Positions 36,525-51,236 of a DNA stretch of 64,000 bases are shown here, piece by piece; position 1 is the first letter of the stretch, and each line of letters starts with the position of its first letter. The notes beneath the pieces are model-generated. The model ran no database searches and was not told the origin of the DNA. It worked only from the letters and a program-made list of their open reading frames with translations. The stretch comes from Macrostomum lignano (Eukaryota). Position numbers and translations under genes: made by a program. The DNA lies in NCBI GenBank assembly GCA_002269645.1, contig NIVC01000913.1, positions 1-64,000 of the forward strand. The letters run 5' to 3'.

Positions 36525-38825
36525 GAGCTGATGTGGATTCCATGGGAGCTGATGTGGGTTCCATGGGAGCTGATGTGGATTCCATGGGAGCTGATGTGGA
36601 TTCCATGGGAGCTGGTGCGGGTTCCATGGGAGCTGGTGTGGATTCCATGGAAGCTGATGTGGATTCCATGGGAGCTGATGTGGATTCCATGGGAGCTGAT
36701 GTGGATTCCATGGGAGCTGGTGCGGGTTCCATGGGAGCTGGTGTGGATTCCATGGAAGCTGATGTGGATTCCATGGGAGCTGATGTGGATTCCATGGGAG
36801 CTGATGCGGGTTCCATGGGAGCTGATGTGGATTCCATGGGAGCTGATGTGGATTCCATGGGAGCTGATGTGGATTCCATGGAAGCTGATGTGGATTCCAT
36901 GGAAGCTGATGTGGATTCCATGGGAGCTGATGTGGATTCCATGGAAGCTGATGTGGGTTCCATGGAAGCTGATGTGGGTTCCATGGGAGCTGATGTGGAT
37001 TCCATGGGAGCTGATGTGGATTCCATGGGAGCTGATGTGGATTCCATGGAAGCTGATGTGGGTTCCATGGGAGCTGATGTGGATTCCATGGGAGCTGATG
37101 TGGATTCCATGGGAGCTGATGTGGATTCCATGGGAGCTGATGTGGGTTCCATGGGAGCTGATGCGGGTTCCATGGGAGCTGATGTGGATTCCATGGAAGC
37201 TGATGTGGGTTCCATGGGAGCTGATGTGGATTCCATGGGAGCTGATGTGGATTCCATGGGAGCTGGTGCGGGTTCCATGGGAGCTGGTGTGGATTCCATG
37301 GGAGCTGATGTGGATTCCATGGGAGCTGATGTGGGTTCCATGGGAGCTGATGTGGATTCCATGGGAGCTGATGTGGATTCCATGGGAGCTGATGTGGGTT
37401 CCATGGGAGCTGATGCGGGTTCCATGGGAGCTGATGTGGATTCCATGGAAGCTGATGTGGATTCCATGGGAGCTGATGTGGATTCCATGGGAGCTGGTGC
37501 GGGTTCCATGGGAGCTGGTGTGGATTCCATGGGAGCTGATGTGGATTCCATGGGAGCTGATGTGGATTCCATGGGAGCTGATGTGGATTCCATGGAAGCT
37601 GATGTGGATTCCATGGGAGCTGATGTGGATTCCATGGGAGCTGATGTGGATTCCATGGAAGCTGATGTGGATTCCATGGAAGCTGATGTGGATTCCATGG
37701 GAGCTGATGTGGATTCCATGGAAGCTGATGTGGGTTCCATGGAAGCTGATGTGGGTTCCATGGGAGCTGATGTGGATTCCATGGGAGCTGATGTGGATTC
37801 CATGGGAGCTGATGTGGATTCCATGGAGCTGATGTGGGTTCCATGGGAGCTGATGTGGATTCCATGGGAGCTGATGTGGATTCCATGGGAGCTGATGTGG
37901 ATTCCATGGGAGCTGATGTGGGTTCCATGGGAGCTGATGCGGGTTCCATGGGAGCTGATGTGGATTCCATGGAAGCTGATGTGGGTTCCATGGGAGCTGA
38001 TGTGGATTCCATGGGAGCTGATGTGGATTCCATGGGAGCTGGTGCGGGTTCCATGGGAGCTGGTGTGGATTCCATGGGAGCTGATGTGGATTCCATGGGA
38101 GCTGATGTGGGTTCCATGGGAGCTGATGTGGATTCCATGGGAGCTGATGTGGATTCCATGGGAGCTGATGTGGGTTCCATGGGAGCTGATGCGGGTTCCA
38201 TGGGAGCTGATGTGGATTCCATGGAAGCTGATGTGGATTCCATGGGAGCTGATGTGGATTCCATGGGAGCTGGTGCGGGTTCCATGGGAGCTGGTGTGGA
38301 TTCCATGGGAGCTGATGTGGATTCCATGGGAGCTGATGTGGATTCCATGGGAGCTGATGTGGATTCCATGGAAGCTGATGTGGGTTCCATGGGAGCTGAT
38401 GTGGATTCCATGGGAGCTGATGTGGATTCCATGGGAGCTGATGTGGATTCCATGGAAGCTGATGTGGGTTCCATGGGAGCTGATGTGGATTCCATGGGAG
38501 CTGATGTGGATTCCATGGGAGCTGATGCGGGTTCCATGAGAGCTGGTGTGGATTCCATGGGAGTTGATGTGGGTTGCATGGGAGTTGATGTGGGTTGCAG
38601 TGAGCTGATGTGGATTCCATGGGAGCTGATGTGGGTTCCATGGGAGTTGATGTGGGTTCCATGGGAGTTGATGTGGGTTGCAGTGAGCTGATGTGGATTC
38701 CATGGGAGCTGGTGTGGGTTGCAGTGAGCTGATGTGGGTTCCATGGGAGTTGATGTGGGTTGCAGTGAGCTGATGTGGGTTCCATGGGAGCTGGTGTGGA
38801 TTCCATGGGAGCTGATGTGGGTTCC
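36525..38825. repeat. Minisatellite with 21-bp unit ATGGGAGCTGATGTGGATTCC, ~2.3 kb
   Basis: Tandem units; these produce the spurious 450-790 aa ORFs. Confidence 0.97.
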
Positions 38826-39287
38826 AGAGTTCCAGAGTTCCGTGGGCGCTATTATGTATTTAAGGTGAGTTCATGTGGGTTCCAATGCCTCCTCACACGG
38901 CTAAGCGGTAAATGACGCACGCAAGCTCGGCTAGGTGTGCGCACGTGACTAATTGATGCATTTTAAACGATGCAGGCCGACGATTCTTTATAGGGCCTAA
39001 TTAGCAGAACAAATGAGTTTCTTTAAATTTCTTAAACGGCCGAAATTTGGGTCAGAAATTTTTTTTACTGGAAAGTCAAGAATCTGAGACAGAGACCGAA
39101 AAGTTTGAGCTGCTTTAAGGTTAGCCAAGAGTTGAAGCAGAAATTCTACTTTGGTCGGGTCCAATTATTCTGTAAGCCCTGCGAATTTATAGCTTAAATT
39201 CTGTGAAAGAATGTTTTTGTTACTATGCGAGGGTTAGATTGTACTCGATACTGATTTAGCATAGTGTGTAGAGCCCTTCTGTGTTAG

Positions 39288-39705
39288 TGCGCGCTTATAC
39301 AACTTCGCGCTTCTGTGATAGTGCGCGCTTATACAACTGCCCCATCCTATGATAGTGCGCGCTTATACAACTTCGCGCTTCTGTGATAGTGCGCGCTTAT
39401 ACAACTGCCCCATCCTATGATAGTGCGCGCTTATACAACTTCGCGCTTCTGTGATAGTGCGCGCTTATACAACTGCCCCATCCTATGATAGTGCGCGCTT
39501 ATACAACTTCGCGCTTCTGTGATAGTGCGCGCTTATACAACTTCGCGCTTCTGTGATAGTGCGCGCTTATACAACTTCGCGCTTCTGTGATAGTGCGCGC
39601 TTGTACAACTGCCTCATCCTATGATAGTGCGCGCTTATACAACTTCGCGCTTCTGTGATAGTGCGCGCTTATACAACTTCGCGCTTCTGTGATAGTGCGC
39701 GCTTA
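39288..39705. repeat. Minisatellite with 34-bp unit GATAGTGCGCGCTTATACAACTTCGCGCTTCTGT
   Basis: About 12 units, with two alternating variants. Confidence 0.95.
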
Positions 39706-40454
39706 TCTAGACAGTTTTACATGTATTTGCAAGATTTCCCTGGTAGATTTTGTGAGTAGAGCGCTAGCCTGACTCAGAAATCCAGACAATGATAATTTAT
39801 TGCGAGCTGCGCGAAAAACAGTTGATAACTTCATAAATCTCTATCTCCGGGCAAATCCTGCCCCCCTAAGATACAAAAAGAATTTGAGAAGCAGTCGCCG
39901 TGTTTATTCCACAGTAGCTAGGAAGTGATATGGAGAGTCTGCCGTTGCTAACTGAAGTCTGAAGCCCCCCCCGCTGTGAGGGATTCGAAGGAGAGCTCGG
40001 CTCTTTGAAGCTACGAAGCTGTTGGTCACGCAATGCAACTCAGCTGGGGGCATCAGTCTGCATTGTCAGGCAATAATTTCCATGCAATTAATACAGGGGA
40101 TTATGATAATTATAATTATAATGGCATTGGTAGCAACACTTGTCTATCAAGCCGTGCGGAATGGGCTGGTGGCAGCTTAGCGCCAGGTATTTTGCAGCGT
40201 CGTTACAGCTGCCGTTGCCACGGGGATATCCCAGTCTTCCCACATCCCCTCGCCCTTCTTTCTATCCATGCAATTATGGATAGGTTTCCCCGCATCCCCC
40301 AGGCATTGGCTGAACATTAGTGACTCGGTGGGCGATGAAGGAGGCTGGGGCCAGGCTTTCAAGAGCGGAGGAGAGCCTGCGTGACTGATTGACTTTCTCT
40401 CTTTTTCTTTCTCTCCCGGCCTGTCTTCAGCGCAGCAGAAGCAATAAGAGCTCT

Positions 40455-40980
40455 CTTCCTTTCCCTCTCTCCCTCTCCCTCTCCCTCTCTCCCTCTCCCT
40501 CTCTCCCTCTCCCTCTCCCTCTCTTCCTCTCCCTCTCTCCCTCTCCCTCTCCCTCTCTTCCTCTCCCTCTCTCCCTCTCCCTCTCTCCCTCTCCCTCTCT
40601 CCCTCTCCCTCTCCCTCTCCCTCTCTCCCTCTCCCTCTCCCTCTCTCCCTCTCCCTCTCTCCCTCTCCCTCTCTCCCTCTCCCTCTCTCCCTCTCCCTCT
40701 CCCTCTCCCTCTCCCTCTCTCCCTCTCCCTCTCTCCTCTCTCCCTCTCCCTCTCTTCCTCTCCCTCTCTCCCTCTCCCTCTCTCCCTCTCCCTCTCCCTC
40801 TCTTCCTCTCCCTCTCTCCCTCTCCCTCTCTCCTCTCTCCTCTCTCTCCCTCTCTCCCTCTCTCCCTCTCCCCCTCTCCCTCTCTCCCTCTCTTCTTCTC
40901 TCTCCTTTCCCTCCCTCTCTCCGTCTCTCCCTCTCTCCCTCTCTCCCTCTCTTCCTCTCTCTCCTTTCCTCCCTCTCTCC
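40455..40980. repeat. CT-rich simple repeat (CCCTCT-type)
   Basis: Directly visible. Confidence 0.9.
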
Positions 40981-41939
40981 TACTCGCCCTGACGAAGAAT
41001 TTACCAGATTTGAAATATCAGCAATATAAAATAATTTACTTATCAGTCCTTTTTCACCGTGTCAACGCCTGAGATTGGAGGTGCCCTACTCTCTCTCCTC
41101 TCCCTCTCTCCCTCTTCCCTTTCTCTTCTCAGTGCAGCAGTGGAACTCTCCCTGCAGCGACCCTCCCTGAAAGCAACGAAGAAAATTCAGTTCCCCATCC
41201 CGCCAAAAATTGCCGAACAGAGCGGGCATTAATATTATTCGAAGCAGATTTCAGCAATAATGGCGAGGATCTTTTAGTAGAAGAAGAAAGCTGCTGCTAC
41301 TGCCCCGTTGATGATGCTGATGATGACGCAATCTTTATAACCCCTCGCCTCCACTCCGGCCTAATACTTCGAAGCATAATGCCTCCCCCGGGGGGGGGGG
41401 TCTGTACGCGCCCGAGTTTCTGTACAGTATAGCGAGAAAGGCGGAACTGAATCTTGCAGCATGGCGAACGGCAATGCCAGCCAGCCTGAGCTCGCCAAGT
41501 GCTGCCTTTTGTAAGGGGATTTTTTCGAGACTTTGACAACTAAAATCGGGATTGGGGCTGGTTTGAAGGAGGTGGAGCGAATGGGCGGGTGAATCAGCCA
41601 GAGCGGGGTGGGGGTTGAAGCGCCTGCTGTCAAATTCCCACGACTGGAGGGCCGGGAGGGCCCAGGGAGTAAGTAAGTGGGGAGTTTCAAGGAGCGACCA
41701 CCGGCCCGAAACCGGTGTTTCCTGTCACCGCGCTGGCCTCCTGGATCACCGACACTTTTGCGGCTAATCTCGGCCGATGTGCAGGGATAGGGACTACTAA
41801 GCAGAGATGTCTAGACCTGAGCCCGAAGAAGTTTGTTTTACAACGGATTTTAGTTCTTTAAGTCTCTAGAGCGTTATGGACATACAAATATTAGATATTT
41901 AGTATATTTAGATTTAGTTTCTTATCGCCTAACGGAATC

Positions 41940-42525
41940 CCGTGACCTCCCCCATGCCCACTGTGACCTCCACTATGCCCCCTGTGACCTCCACTATGCC
42001 CCCTGTGACCTCCACTATGCCCCCTGTGACCTCCACTATGCCCCTGTGACCTCCACTATGCCCCCTGTGACTTCCACTATGCCCCTTGTGACCTCCACTA
42101 TGCCCCCTTTGACCTCCCCTATGCCCCCTGTGACCTCCACTATGTCCCCTGTGACTTCCACTATGCCCCCCTGTGACTTCCACTATGCCCCTTGTGACCT
42201 CCACTATGCCCCCTTTGACCTCCCCTATGCCCCCTGTGACCTCCACTATGTCCCCTGTGACTTCCACTATGCCCCCTTTGACCTCCCTTGTGCCCCTGTG
42301 CCCTCTTCCAAACCCCTGTGCCCTCCCCTATTAACCCCTGTGCCCTCTCATATTACCCCTGTGCCCTCCCCTATAACCCATGTACCTTCTCATATGACCC
42401 CTGTGCCCTCCCCTAAGACCCATGTACCCTCTCATATGACCCCTGTGCCCTCCCCTAAGACTCCTGTGCCCTCTCCTATGACCCCTGTGCTCTCCCCAAT
42501 GCCCCCCTGTTCTCTGACCATGTCC
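41940..42525. repeat. Minisatellite with 21-bp unit TGTGACCTCCACTATGCCCCC
   Basis: Tandem units, degenerating to the right. Confidence 0.9.
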
Positions 42526-43699
42526 CCCTGATTATATTTATAATCTCCAATCCAGACGGCAGATTAGTTTCGAACTCCACGGAGCATAATTCAAGCCAAG
42601 CAGCGGCATATGTGTGCATTGGGATATTGCAATATAAAAAATCCTTTCTAATCCCTCAATAAATGAGGGAGATTTTCCTCGATATGGATTTCCCCCCCCC
42701 CCGCCAATTTAGTTGCTAAAAATCCCCCCCAGCCAGCGTCAACCCAAGCCGGAAGCGGCGCCTTTTAATTTTCAAGAAAGAAAGAAAAAAATCTGTCACC
42801 CCTTCGGTCATCGTCATTGTCGCGGAGATTTTTTTGATCCCGAAAAATCCCCGACAGAAACTGCGACCGTGTCAGCTGGTGCCAGCTGCCCAGGCTTATC
42901 GCTACGGCTGGAGGGTCAACGGCTGTTCAGTTTCACCCCGTCATCGGCCCCAGGCCAGCATCAGATTCAATGCATCATCAAAAGCCGACACGAGGCTAAG
43001 CGACGTCAGTGAAAGGATCAGCTGCGCCAATCGCAGTTCACGCCCGGTTGAGCCCGCACAGACGCGGGAACTCCAATCGTGGGAGTTTGGGGATCACGGG
43101 CTCTTTGTCGCCCACTGCCAGACTTGAAAATATGAAATTGAGAACGCTTTGCTCGGCCACTCGAGTTTCGCTCTCGCCCTCGATTCTTCTCAAACTGTAG
43201 ACGATGAGGCACGAGAATTAATTAACTTTCCTTAAAGAAACTCTATACGCCAATAAACAGCCTTTGTCGGTCGGGCTTGGCCCACACTTCATTCTCTTTT
43301 TTCTCTCAATTCTTTTCTCAAACAACCCATCGCGTGACTTCGAGCAGGCGCTTCCATTGATTCTGGACCGAGCCGGTCCTCTTCGTGCGCCTCTTAATTT
43401 CCCGAAAATTGCTTCCCCTCTGAGCCCCATTGCCATTGTGGTCGGTCGGGCGGTGTTTGACTAGACCACCGCTTGTAGTTCAGGCGCGCCCTGCTGGGGT
43501 CTGAAAAGGAGCCCCGCTGCGAGAGCCGTATGGACTTGACAGCAGGAAGCGGGCAGAAGGCAACGACTGCCTTCAAAGCCCCGCTGTGAGGGCTATAATA
43601 TTGCTAAGGCATCTGAGCCGCTGAGCCCCGTAATGGGAAATTAGCTTTCAGTATGGGACTACCATTTTCAGACATTAGTTCCCTCCCACCTGTCTCCCA

Positions 43700-44437
43700 C
43701 GTCTCCCTCCTCACATCTCCCTCTCCACATCTCCCTCTCCACATCTCCCTCTCCACATCTCCCTCTCCACATCTCCCTCTCCACATCTCCCTCTCCACAT
43801 CTCCCTCTCCACATCTCCCTCTCCACATCTCCCTCTCCATGTCTCCCTCTCCACATCTCCCTTTCCACATCTCCCTCTCCATGTCTCCCTGTCCACATCT
43901 CCCTGTCCACATCTCCCTCTCCACATCTCCCTCTCCACATCTCCCTCTCCACATCTCCCTTTCCACACCTCCCTCTCCACATCTCCCTCTCCACATCTCC
44001 CTCTCCACATCTCCCTCTCCATATCTCCCTCTCCACATCTCCCTCTCCACATCTCCCTCTCCACATCTCCCTCTCCACATCTCCCTCTCCACATCTCCCT
44101 CTCCACATCTCCCTCTCCACATCTCCCTCTCCACACCTCCCTCTCCACATCTCCCTCTCCACATCTCCCTCTCCACATCTCCCTCTCCACATCTCCCTCT
44201 CCACATCTCCCTCTCCACATCTCCCTCTCCACATCTCCCTCTCCACATCTCCCTCTCCACATCTCCCTCTCTGTGTCTCCCTCTCCACATCTCCCTCTCC
44301 ACATCTCCCTCTCCACATCTCCCTCTCCACATCTCCCTCTCCACATCTCCCTCTCCACATCTCCCTCTCCACATCTCCCTCTCCACATCTCCCTCTCCAC
44401 ATCTCCCTCTCCACATCTCCCTCTCCACATCTCCCTC
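43700..44437. repeat. Minisatellite with 14-bp unit CCCTCTCCACATCT
   Basis: Tandem units visible. Confidence 0.95.
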
Positions 44438-45077
44438 CCCTCCTTCTCTCCCTTCCTTCCCTGTATCTCCCCCTCGAGCTGCCATATCTACGTGAAGCCG
44501 CCCCAAGAGCCATATGGTCATGACTGAGGCAGTGGCTGGACAAGAAAAAAACGCAGAGAGCCTTGAAGGCGCCCTGCTGCGCATCTGATAAGGCATCTGA
44601 GCGGCCCGAACGCGCCAGTGCGTAAAAAGAAAAATTATTTTAGAACAGGGGGGGGCAAAAAAGTGTTTCGACAGTTCTTCGAGGCCGGTGCCGGCCGCCT
44701 CGACACCCCCGCTGCGCTCGGCACCCCGCAGAGAGGGGGAGGGGGTTGACGGTCGGATTTCCGCAATTACGAAGGCATTCCAGTCTTATCCGGAGTCTTC
44801 ATCTGTTCTCGAGCTGAAGCCAATCTCCCAGGCAGCTGAGCTCCACAAGCCGCTTTTGTAGCAATTTTATAGACTCTCTCTGCGTGTGTGCGACTGCTGG
44901 TCTGCATTTATTATGCTGGATCACCCATTCTCTCATCCACCATTCGCTTCTCCTGTCCTTTGTCCCTTCGCTCACCGATCTCTCGCAGTGGCATCGCCGC
45001 CTCTCACTGGCTTCACCTTGTCGGTGCCTGTGTCTACTGGGCCTTTCTAATCTCCTTCTACCTTCCAATAATATCTC

Positions 45078-46165
45078 TACTCTCTCCCTCTCTTGTCCTC
45101 TCTTTCTCTCCCCTCCTCTCCCCTTCTCTCCTCTCCCCTCCTCTCCTCTCCCCTCCTCTCCTCTCCTCTCCCCTCCTCTCCCCTCCTCTCCCCTCCTCTC
45201 CTGTCCTCTCCTCTCCCCTCCTCTCCCCTCCTCTCCTCTCCTCTCCCCTCCTCTCCCCTCCTCTCCTCTCCTCTCCACTCCTCTCCCCTCCTCTCCCCTC
45301 CTCTCCTGTCCTCTCCTCTCCCCTCCTCTCCCCTCCTCTCCTCTCCTCTCCCCTCCTCTCCCCTCCTCTCCTCTCCTCTCCACTCCTCTCCTCTCCTCTC
45401 CACTCCTCTCCACTCCTCTCCCCTCCTCTCCTCTCCTCTCCTCTCCTCTCCTCTCCCCTCCTCTCCTCTCCTCTCCTCTCCTCTCCTCTCCTCTCCTCTC
45501 CTCTCCTCTCATCTCCTCTCCTCTCCTCTCCTCTCCTCTCCTCTCCCTCCTCTCCCCTCCTCTCCTCTCCCTCCTCTCCTCTCCCCTCCTCTCCTCTCCT
45601 TTCCTCTCCTCTCCTCTCCTCTCCTCTCCTCTCCTCTCCTCTCCTCTCCTCTCCCCTCCTCTCCTCTCCTCTCCTCTCCTCTCCTCTCCTCTCCTCTCCT
45701 CTCCTCTCCCCTCCTCTCCCTCCTCTCCTCTCCCCTCCTCTCCTCTCCCCTCCTCTCCCCTCCTCTCCCCTCCTCTCCTCTCCTCTCCTCTCCTCTCCTC
45801 TCCCCTCCTCTCCTCTCCTCTCCTCTCCTCTCCTCTCCCCTCCTCTCCTCTCCTCTCCTCTCCTCTCCTCTCCCCTCCCCTCCTCTCCTCTCCTCTCCTC
45901 TCCTCTCCTCTCCTCTCCTCTCCTCTCCTCTCCTCTCCTCTCCTCTCCTCTCCTCTCCTCTCCTCTCCTCTCCTCTCCTCTCCTCTCCTCTCCTCTCCCC
46001 TCCTCTCCTCTCCTCTCCTCTCCTCTCCTCTCCCCTCCTCTCCTCTCCTCTCCTCTCCTCTCCCTCCTCTCCTCTCCTCTCCTCTCCTCTCCTCTCCTCT
46101 CCTCTCCTCTCCTCTCCTCTCCTCTCCTCTCCTCTCCTCTCCTCTCCTCTCCCCTCTTCTTCCCT
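45078..46165. repeat. Pentanucleotide microsatellite (CTCCT)n
   Basis: Directly visible. Confidence 0.95.
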
Positions 46166-46857
46166 CTACACCTCTTCTGTCGGTGTCCCTTCAACACGCC
46201 CCCGAGTCTGCATCTCCGCAACTGCTCCGTTAGTTTTCCTCGCATCATATAATAATTAATTTTAACTTACAGAAAAAAGATCTCTGCTGAGATTCTTGCT
46301 TACAGAACCAGATATTGGCGACTCAGCTTTCCCGACAGTCTTGCCTGCATAGAGTCTCACAGTTGCCATTTCGCTAGCACTCACCTCTTCATCTGATTCT
46401 CTATCTGTCTCTCCTTACCATGCCTAAGCAATTAACAAGACGGTGCGGCACACCTGCTATTAACCAAGCCATCTTCATCGCTTCTCTACTCGCTTTGGCT
46501 GCTCGGGTTTCTTGACGAGAAAATTTCTGATTCATGGCTGCTCAGATTCCTCCGAGTTGCTTTGATGGCGCCTGTCACGTGATCAGATTCAGCTGCCAAT
46601 AATTTCTCCGCTCCGGTGACTTTTAATACCTCAGTAGGGCTGTGCAAGCCGGCTTCACCAGATTGTCTGCCAGATATTTTTCAGACAGCCTGCGAGTTTG
46701 AGTCGATCAGTTTGCTTGGCCTTGATGGCGGAAGAAAAATTCAGATTTTAATAATTCTAAAAGTTTTCACCTCGGAAACAATGCCATTGGTGTAAAATAT
46801 ATTATTTTAATTAAATTTCATTGGTCATTCAATATCTATAGAAGGTCTAGAAGATAA

Positions 46858-47942
46858 GGTGGTGGACAAGATGGTGGGACAAGATAGTGGACAACATTGT
46901 GTTCAGCATTGTGGACAAGATGGTAGAAAAGATGGTGGACAAGATGGTGAACAAGATGGTGGACAAGATGGTGGACAAGATGGTGGACAAGATGGTGGAC
47001 AGGATTGTGGACAAGATGGTGGACAAGATGGTGGACAAGATGGTGGACAAGATGGTGCATGGACAGGATTGTGGACAAGATGGTGGACAAGATGGTGGAC
47101 AGCATTGTGGACAAGATGGTAGAAAAGATGGTGGACAAGATGGTGGACCAGGTGGTGGGACAAGATGGTGGACAGGATTGTGGACAAGATGGTGGACAAG
47201 ATGGTGGACAAGATGGTGGACAAGATGGTGGACAAGATGGTGGACAAGATGGTGCATGGACAGGATTGTGGACAAGATGGTGGACAAGATGGTGGACAGC
47301 ATTGTGGACAAGATGGTAGAAAATATGGTGGACAAGATGGTGAACAAGATGGTGGACAAGATGGTGGACAAGATGGTGGACAAGATGGTGGACAGGATTG
47401 TGGACAAGATGGTGGACAAGATGGTGGACAAGATGGTGGACAAGATGGTGCATGGACAGGATTGTGGACAAGATGGTGGACAAGATGGTGGACAGCATTG
47501 TGGACAAGATGGTAGAAAATATGGTGGACAAGATGGTGGACAAGATGGTGCATGTACAGGATTGTGGACAAGATGGTGGACAAGATGGTGGACAGCATTG
47601 TGGACAAGATGGTAGAAAATATGGTGGACAAGATGGTGAACAAGATGGTGGACAAGATGGTGGACAAGATGGTGGACAAGATGGTGGACAGGATTGTGGA
47701 CAAGATGGTGGACAAGATGGTGGACAAGATGGTGGACAAGATGGTGGACAAGATGGTGGACAAGATGGTGCATGGACAGGATTGTGGACAAGATGGTGCA
47801 TGGACAGGATTGTGGACAAGATGGTGGACAAGATGGTGGACAGCATTGTGGACAAGATGGTAGAAAAGATGGTGGACAAGATGGTGGACCAGGTGGTGGG
47901 ACAAGATGGGGGACAAGATGGTGGACAAGATTGTGGACAACA
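46858..47942. repeat. Minisatellite with 12-bp unit GGACAAGATGGT
   Basis: Tandem units with higher-order variants. Confidence 0.95.
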
Positions 47943-48697
47943 GCAATTTAGAATTCGGGGTGCCTGAATTTCTTCTTTCGTATAACAAGAAAAAGCAAAA
48001 TCCAACTCTTTGAGTCGCGCTCAGTGAGGCACAGAGCGAGAGTCACGCTTGAAAGATTAACAACCTTTTTTGAGCATATTTCCCCGGGAGAAAGAGAGTG
48101 TCACTGTGCTGTCATGTCAAACAGGCTGCTAGCCTCATCAATTCATCAATGCTGCATCGGTCAGTCAGTCGCTCACTGCAGAAGTCGGCCAGGCGTGAAA
48201 TGACAATGAAGTCGTCCTGGTCAAGCCAGCAGTCCCTGAGGCTGTCTGTTGCGTCAGGCTGGTAGGATGTCACTGCTGCAGCTTTTGGAGAACTTTCGCT
48301 TTCGTTCTCGGCTTTCACACGCTGTCTCTGCTGGTGGATGGGTGACTCATCCTCCGAGCTCATTTGCTCCCGCGTGCTAATAATGCTCTGCTCCTGGCTA
48401 AAATTGGGCCTATATGGCCACACTCTCAGTCACCTTGCAGGCAATGCTTTGCCAAGAGGCAGCCATTGTTTGCTGTATTGGCATTGTGTTTAACATTGCA
48501 TTATTAACAACATTGGAATTATGCAATCAAACTGACTGTGCGCTGAAGACCCACTTTTGCTTTCATGCCAGCCACTAAGCACTGCCCCCTGGGGGACCGC
48601 GTTTTTGACTTTGCCCAAACAACATGGTAAACAAACTGACTCAGGGATGGAAAGATTGAGAGATAAATATATGAAATGAGTATTGAAAGAAATTTGA

Positions 48698-49475
48698 GAG
48701 ATCAGAAAGAGATCAGGGAGAGATCAGAGAGAGATCAGAGAGAGATCAGAGAGAGATCAGAGAGATCAGAGAGAGAGAGAGAGAGATCAGAGAGAGATCA
48801 GAGAGATCAGAGAGAGATCAGAGAGATCAGAGAGAGATCAGAGAGAGATCAGAGAGATCAGAGAGAGATCAGAGAGAGATCAGAGAGATCAGAGAGAGAT
48901 CAGAGAGAGATCAGCGAGAGATCAGAGAGAGATCAGAGAGAGATCAGAGAGAGATCAGAGAGATCAGAGAGAGATCAGAGAGAGGTCAGAGAGAGATCAG
49001 AGAGAGATCAGAGAGAGATCAGAGAGAGGTCAGAGAGAGATCAGCGAGAGATCAGAGAGAGATCAGAGAGAGATCAGAGAGAGATCCGAGAGAGATCCGA
49101 GAGAGATCAGAGAGAGATCAGAGAGAGATCCGAGAGAGATCAGAGAGAGATCAGAGAGAGGTCAGAGAGAGATCAGAGAGAGATCAGAGAGAGATCAGAG
49201 AGAGGTCAGAGAGAGATCAGCGAGAGATCAGAGAGAGATCAGAGAGAGATCAGAGAGAGATCAGAGAGAGATCAGAGAGAGAACAGAGAGATCAGAGAGA
49301 GATCAGAGAGAGATCAGAGAGAGATCAGAGAGAGATCAGAGAGAGATCAGAGCGAGAACAGAGAGATCAGAGAGAGATCAGAGAGAGATCAGAGAGAGAT
49401 CAGAGAGATCAGAGAGAGATCAGAGAGAGAACAGAGAGATCAGAGAGAGACCAGGGAGAAATCAGAGAGAGATCT
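48698..49475. repeat. GAGA(GA)GATCA 9/11-bp repeat
   Basis: Directly visible. Confidence 0.95.
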
Positions 49476-50711
49476 CTCTGGGACCAAATAGCGATCAGAT
49501 CTGAACGCAGTTCCAGAGCAAAAGCAGAGCTGGCCAGCAACTCACTGTGGTCAATTCCTCTGTCAATACCGAGAGACAGCAGAAATTGATTTGCTCAAAA
49601 AGCTCCGCAATCCAATTCTCTACACAAGAGCCACCCTGCTCAGTCCCCAGCCCGCATTATTTATCATTCTTCAATTCTTCAAGACAGACATCTTTCTCTG
49701 CAGGCTGGATCGAATTTCTGCTTTGAGCTTAGCAGACAATCCAAACTCGAAGCGTCCCCTGAAGGCAGGCGGAGCAGAACTGAACCGAAATTTCAGTGAA
49801 ATCGTTGACAGCCTGTCAATTTTGATAACAAGCATCGATTTATTAAAGTTTCTTTTTTGTCTAATTTTCAACACTAGACACCCCGGGTTCGATTCCGAAA
49901 CAATAATTTATGGCTTTTAGATTCACACCTATGACTGCCGATCCCCAAGGCACAGAGACTGTACATTAGAAAGTCAAAGTGCCGCTGTACACCCAGTGTG
50001 AGCGTGTATCATGCGCTGGTAGCGAGACGATGTCAGTGTGGCCACAACGATGATGCAGCTCAGAATCCCATAAATTTTAACCCCCTGTCTCGAGTTCTCC
50101 ATCTTTCAGCTCAGATATTTCTCTTACTAATAGATAGGATGAATTTCCCGCCCTTTCCTGTCTCCCTTTCTGCTTCTTTTTCTGAACTGGCCCGTGGCTG
50201 AGCTGTCCGTCACGCCCCACCCCGCGGGGCTAACGGGGCGGCCAGGGCGGGCGGCCCAACAAGTGCCCTCAAGGCTACTGGGCTCCATCTCCGATGAAGC
50301 TGAAACTGCATCCCCCAGACCGGCCCCCTTATCCAGTCAGTCTGTTTGACTGACGGATCCCCATCAGTTTTAGCTTCGGAGAATGAGGGAGAGGGGAGCG
50401 AGTAGCGTCACCGGACACAGCCGCTCAGATTATGAATTCCTCTATCAGTTGTTCACTTCTATTCCCACAAGCAATGAGCATCTTTTGGGCTTTTTTCTTT
50501 TAAAAAAGAGAGCTCTATCAAGCAATTGTCCACCAGTGTCTCAAACTGTGAGGATGACGTCATCGAAGCTGGGAAATTTTTGCTATGCGGCTGCCAGCTC
50601 ATGCGGAGCCCGCCGCCACTCGAGCACGCGCCACCGTCTGCCTTTGGTAGCGGCGGCTTCTCGGACTGCTTCATCTAAGGGATCCGGGGAGACTGGGATG
50701 AGCTGCGTGTG

Positions 50712-51236
<525 letters not shown>

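Noticed and set aside
36254-38806. Very long ORFs (457-789 aa) on both strands, such as (MGADVDS)n and (PWNPHQL)n
   Set aside because: The 21-bp unit lacks stops in several frames, so ORFs appear in many frames at once. A 1-bp slip near 37827 swaps frames without consequence. This is a minisatellite, not a CDS.
48574-48600. Minus-strand VPQGAVLS resembling the RT motif GVPQGSVLSP
   Set aside because: No other RT motifs (such as YADD) lie nearby and the frame closes soon after; probably chance.
43604-49491. Long low-complexity ORFs (SSPLL, GEERR, HHLV, RERSE repeats)
   Set aside because: They are translations of the 14-, 5-, 12- and 9/11-bp arrays and are open in multiple frames and strands.
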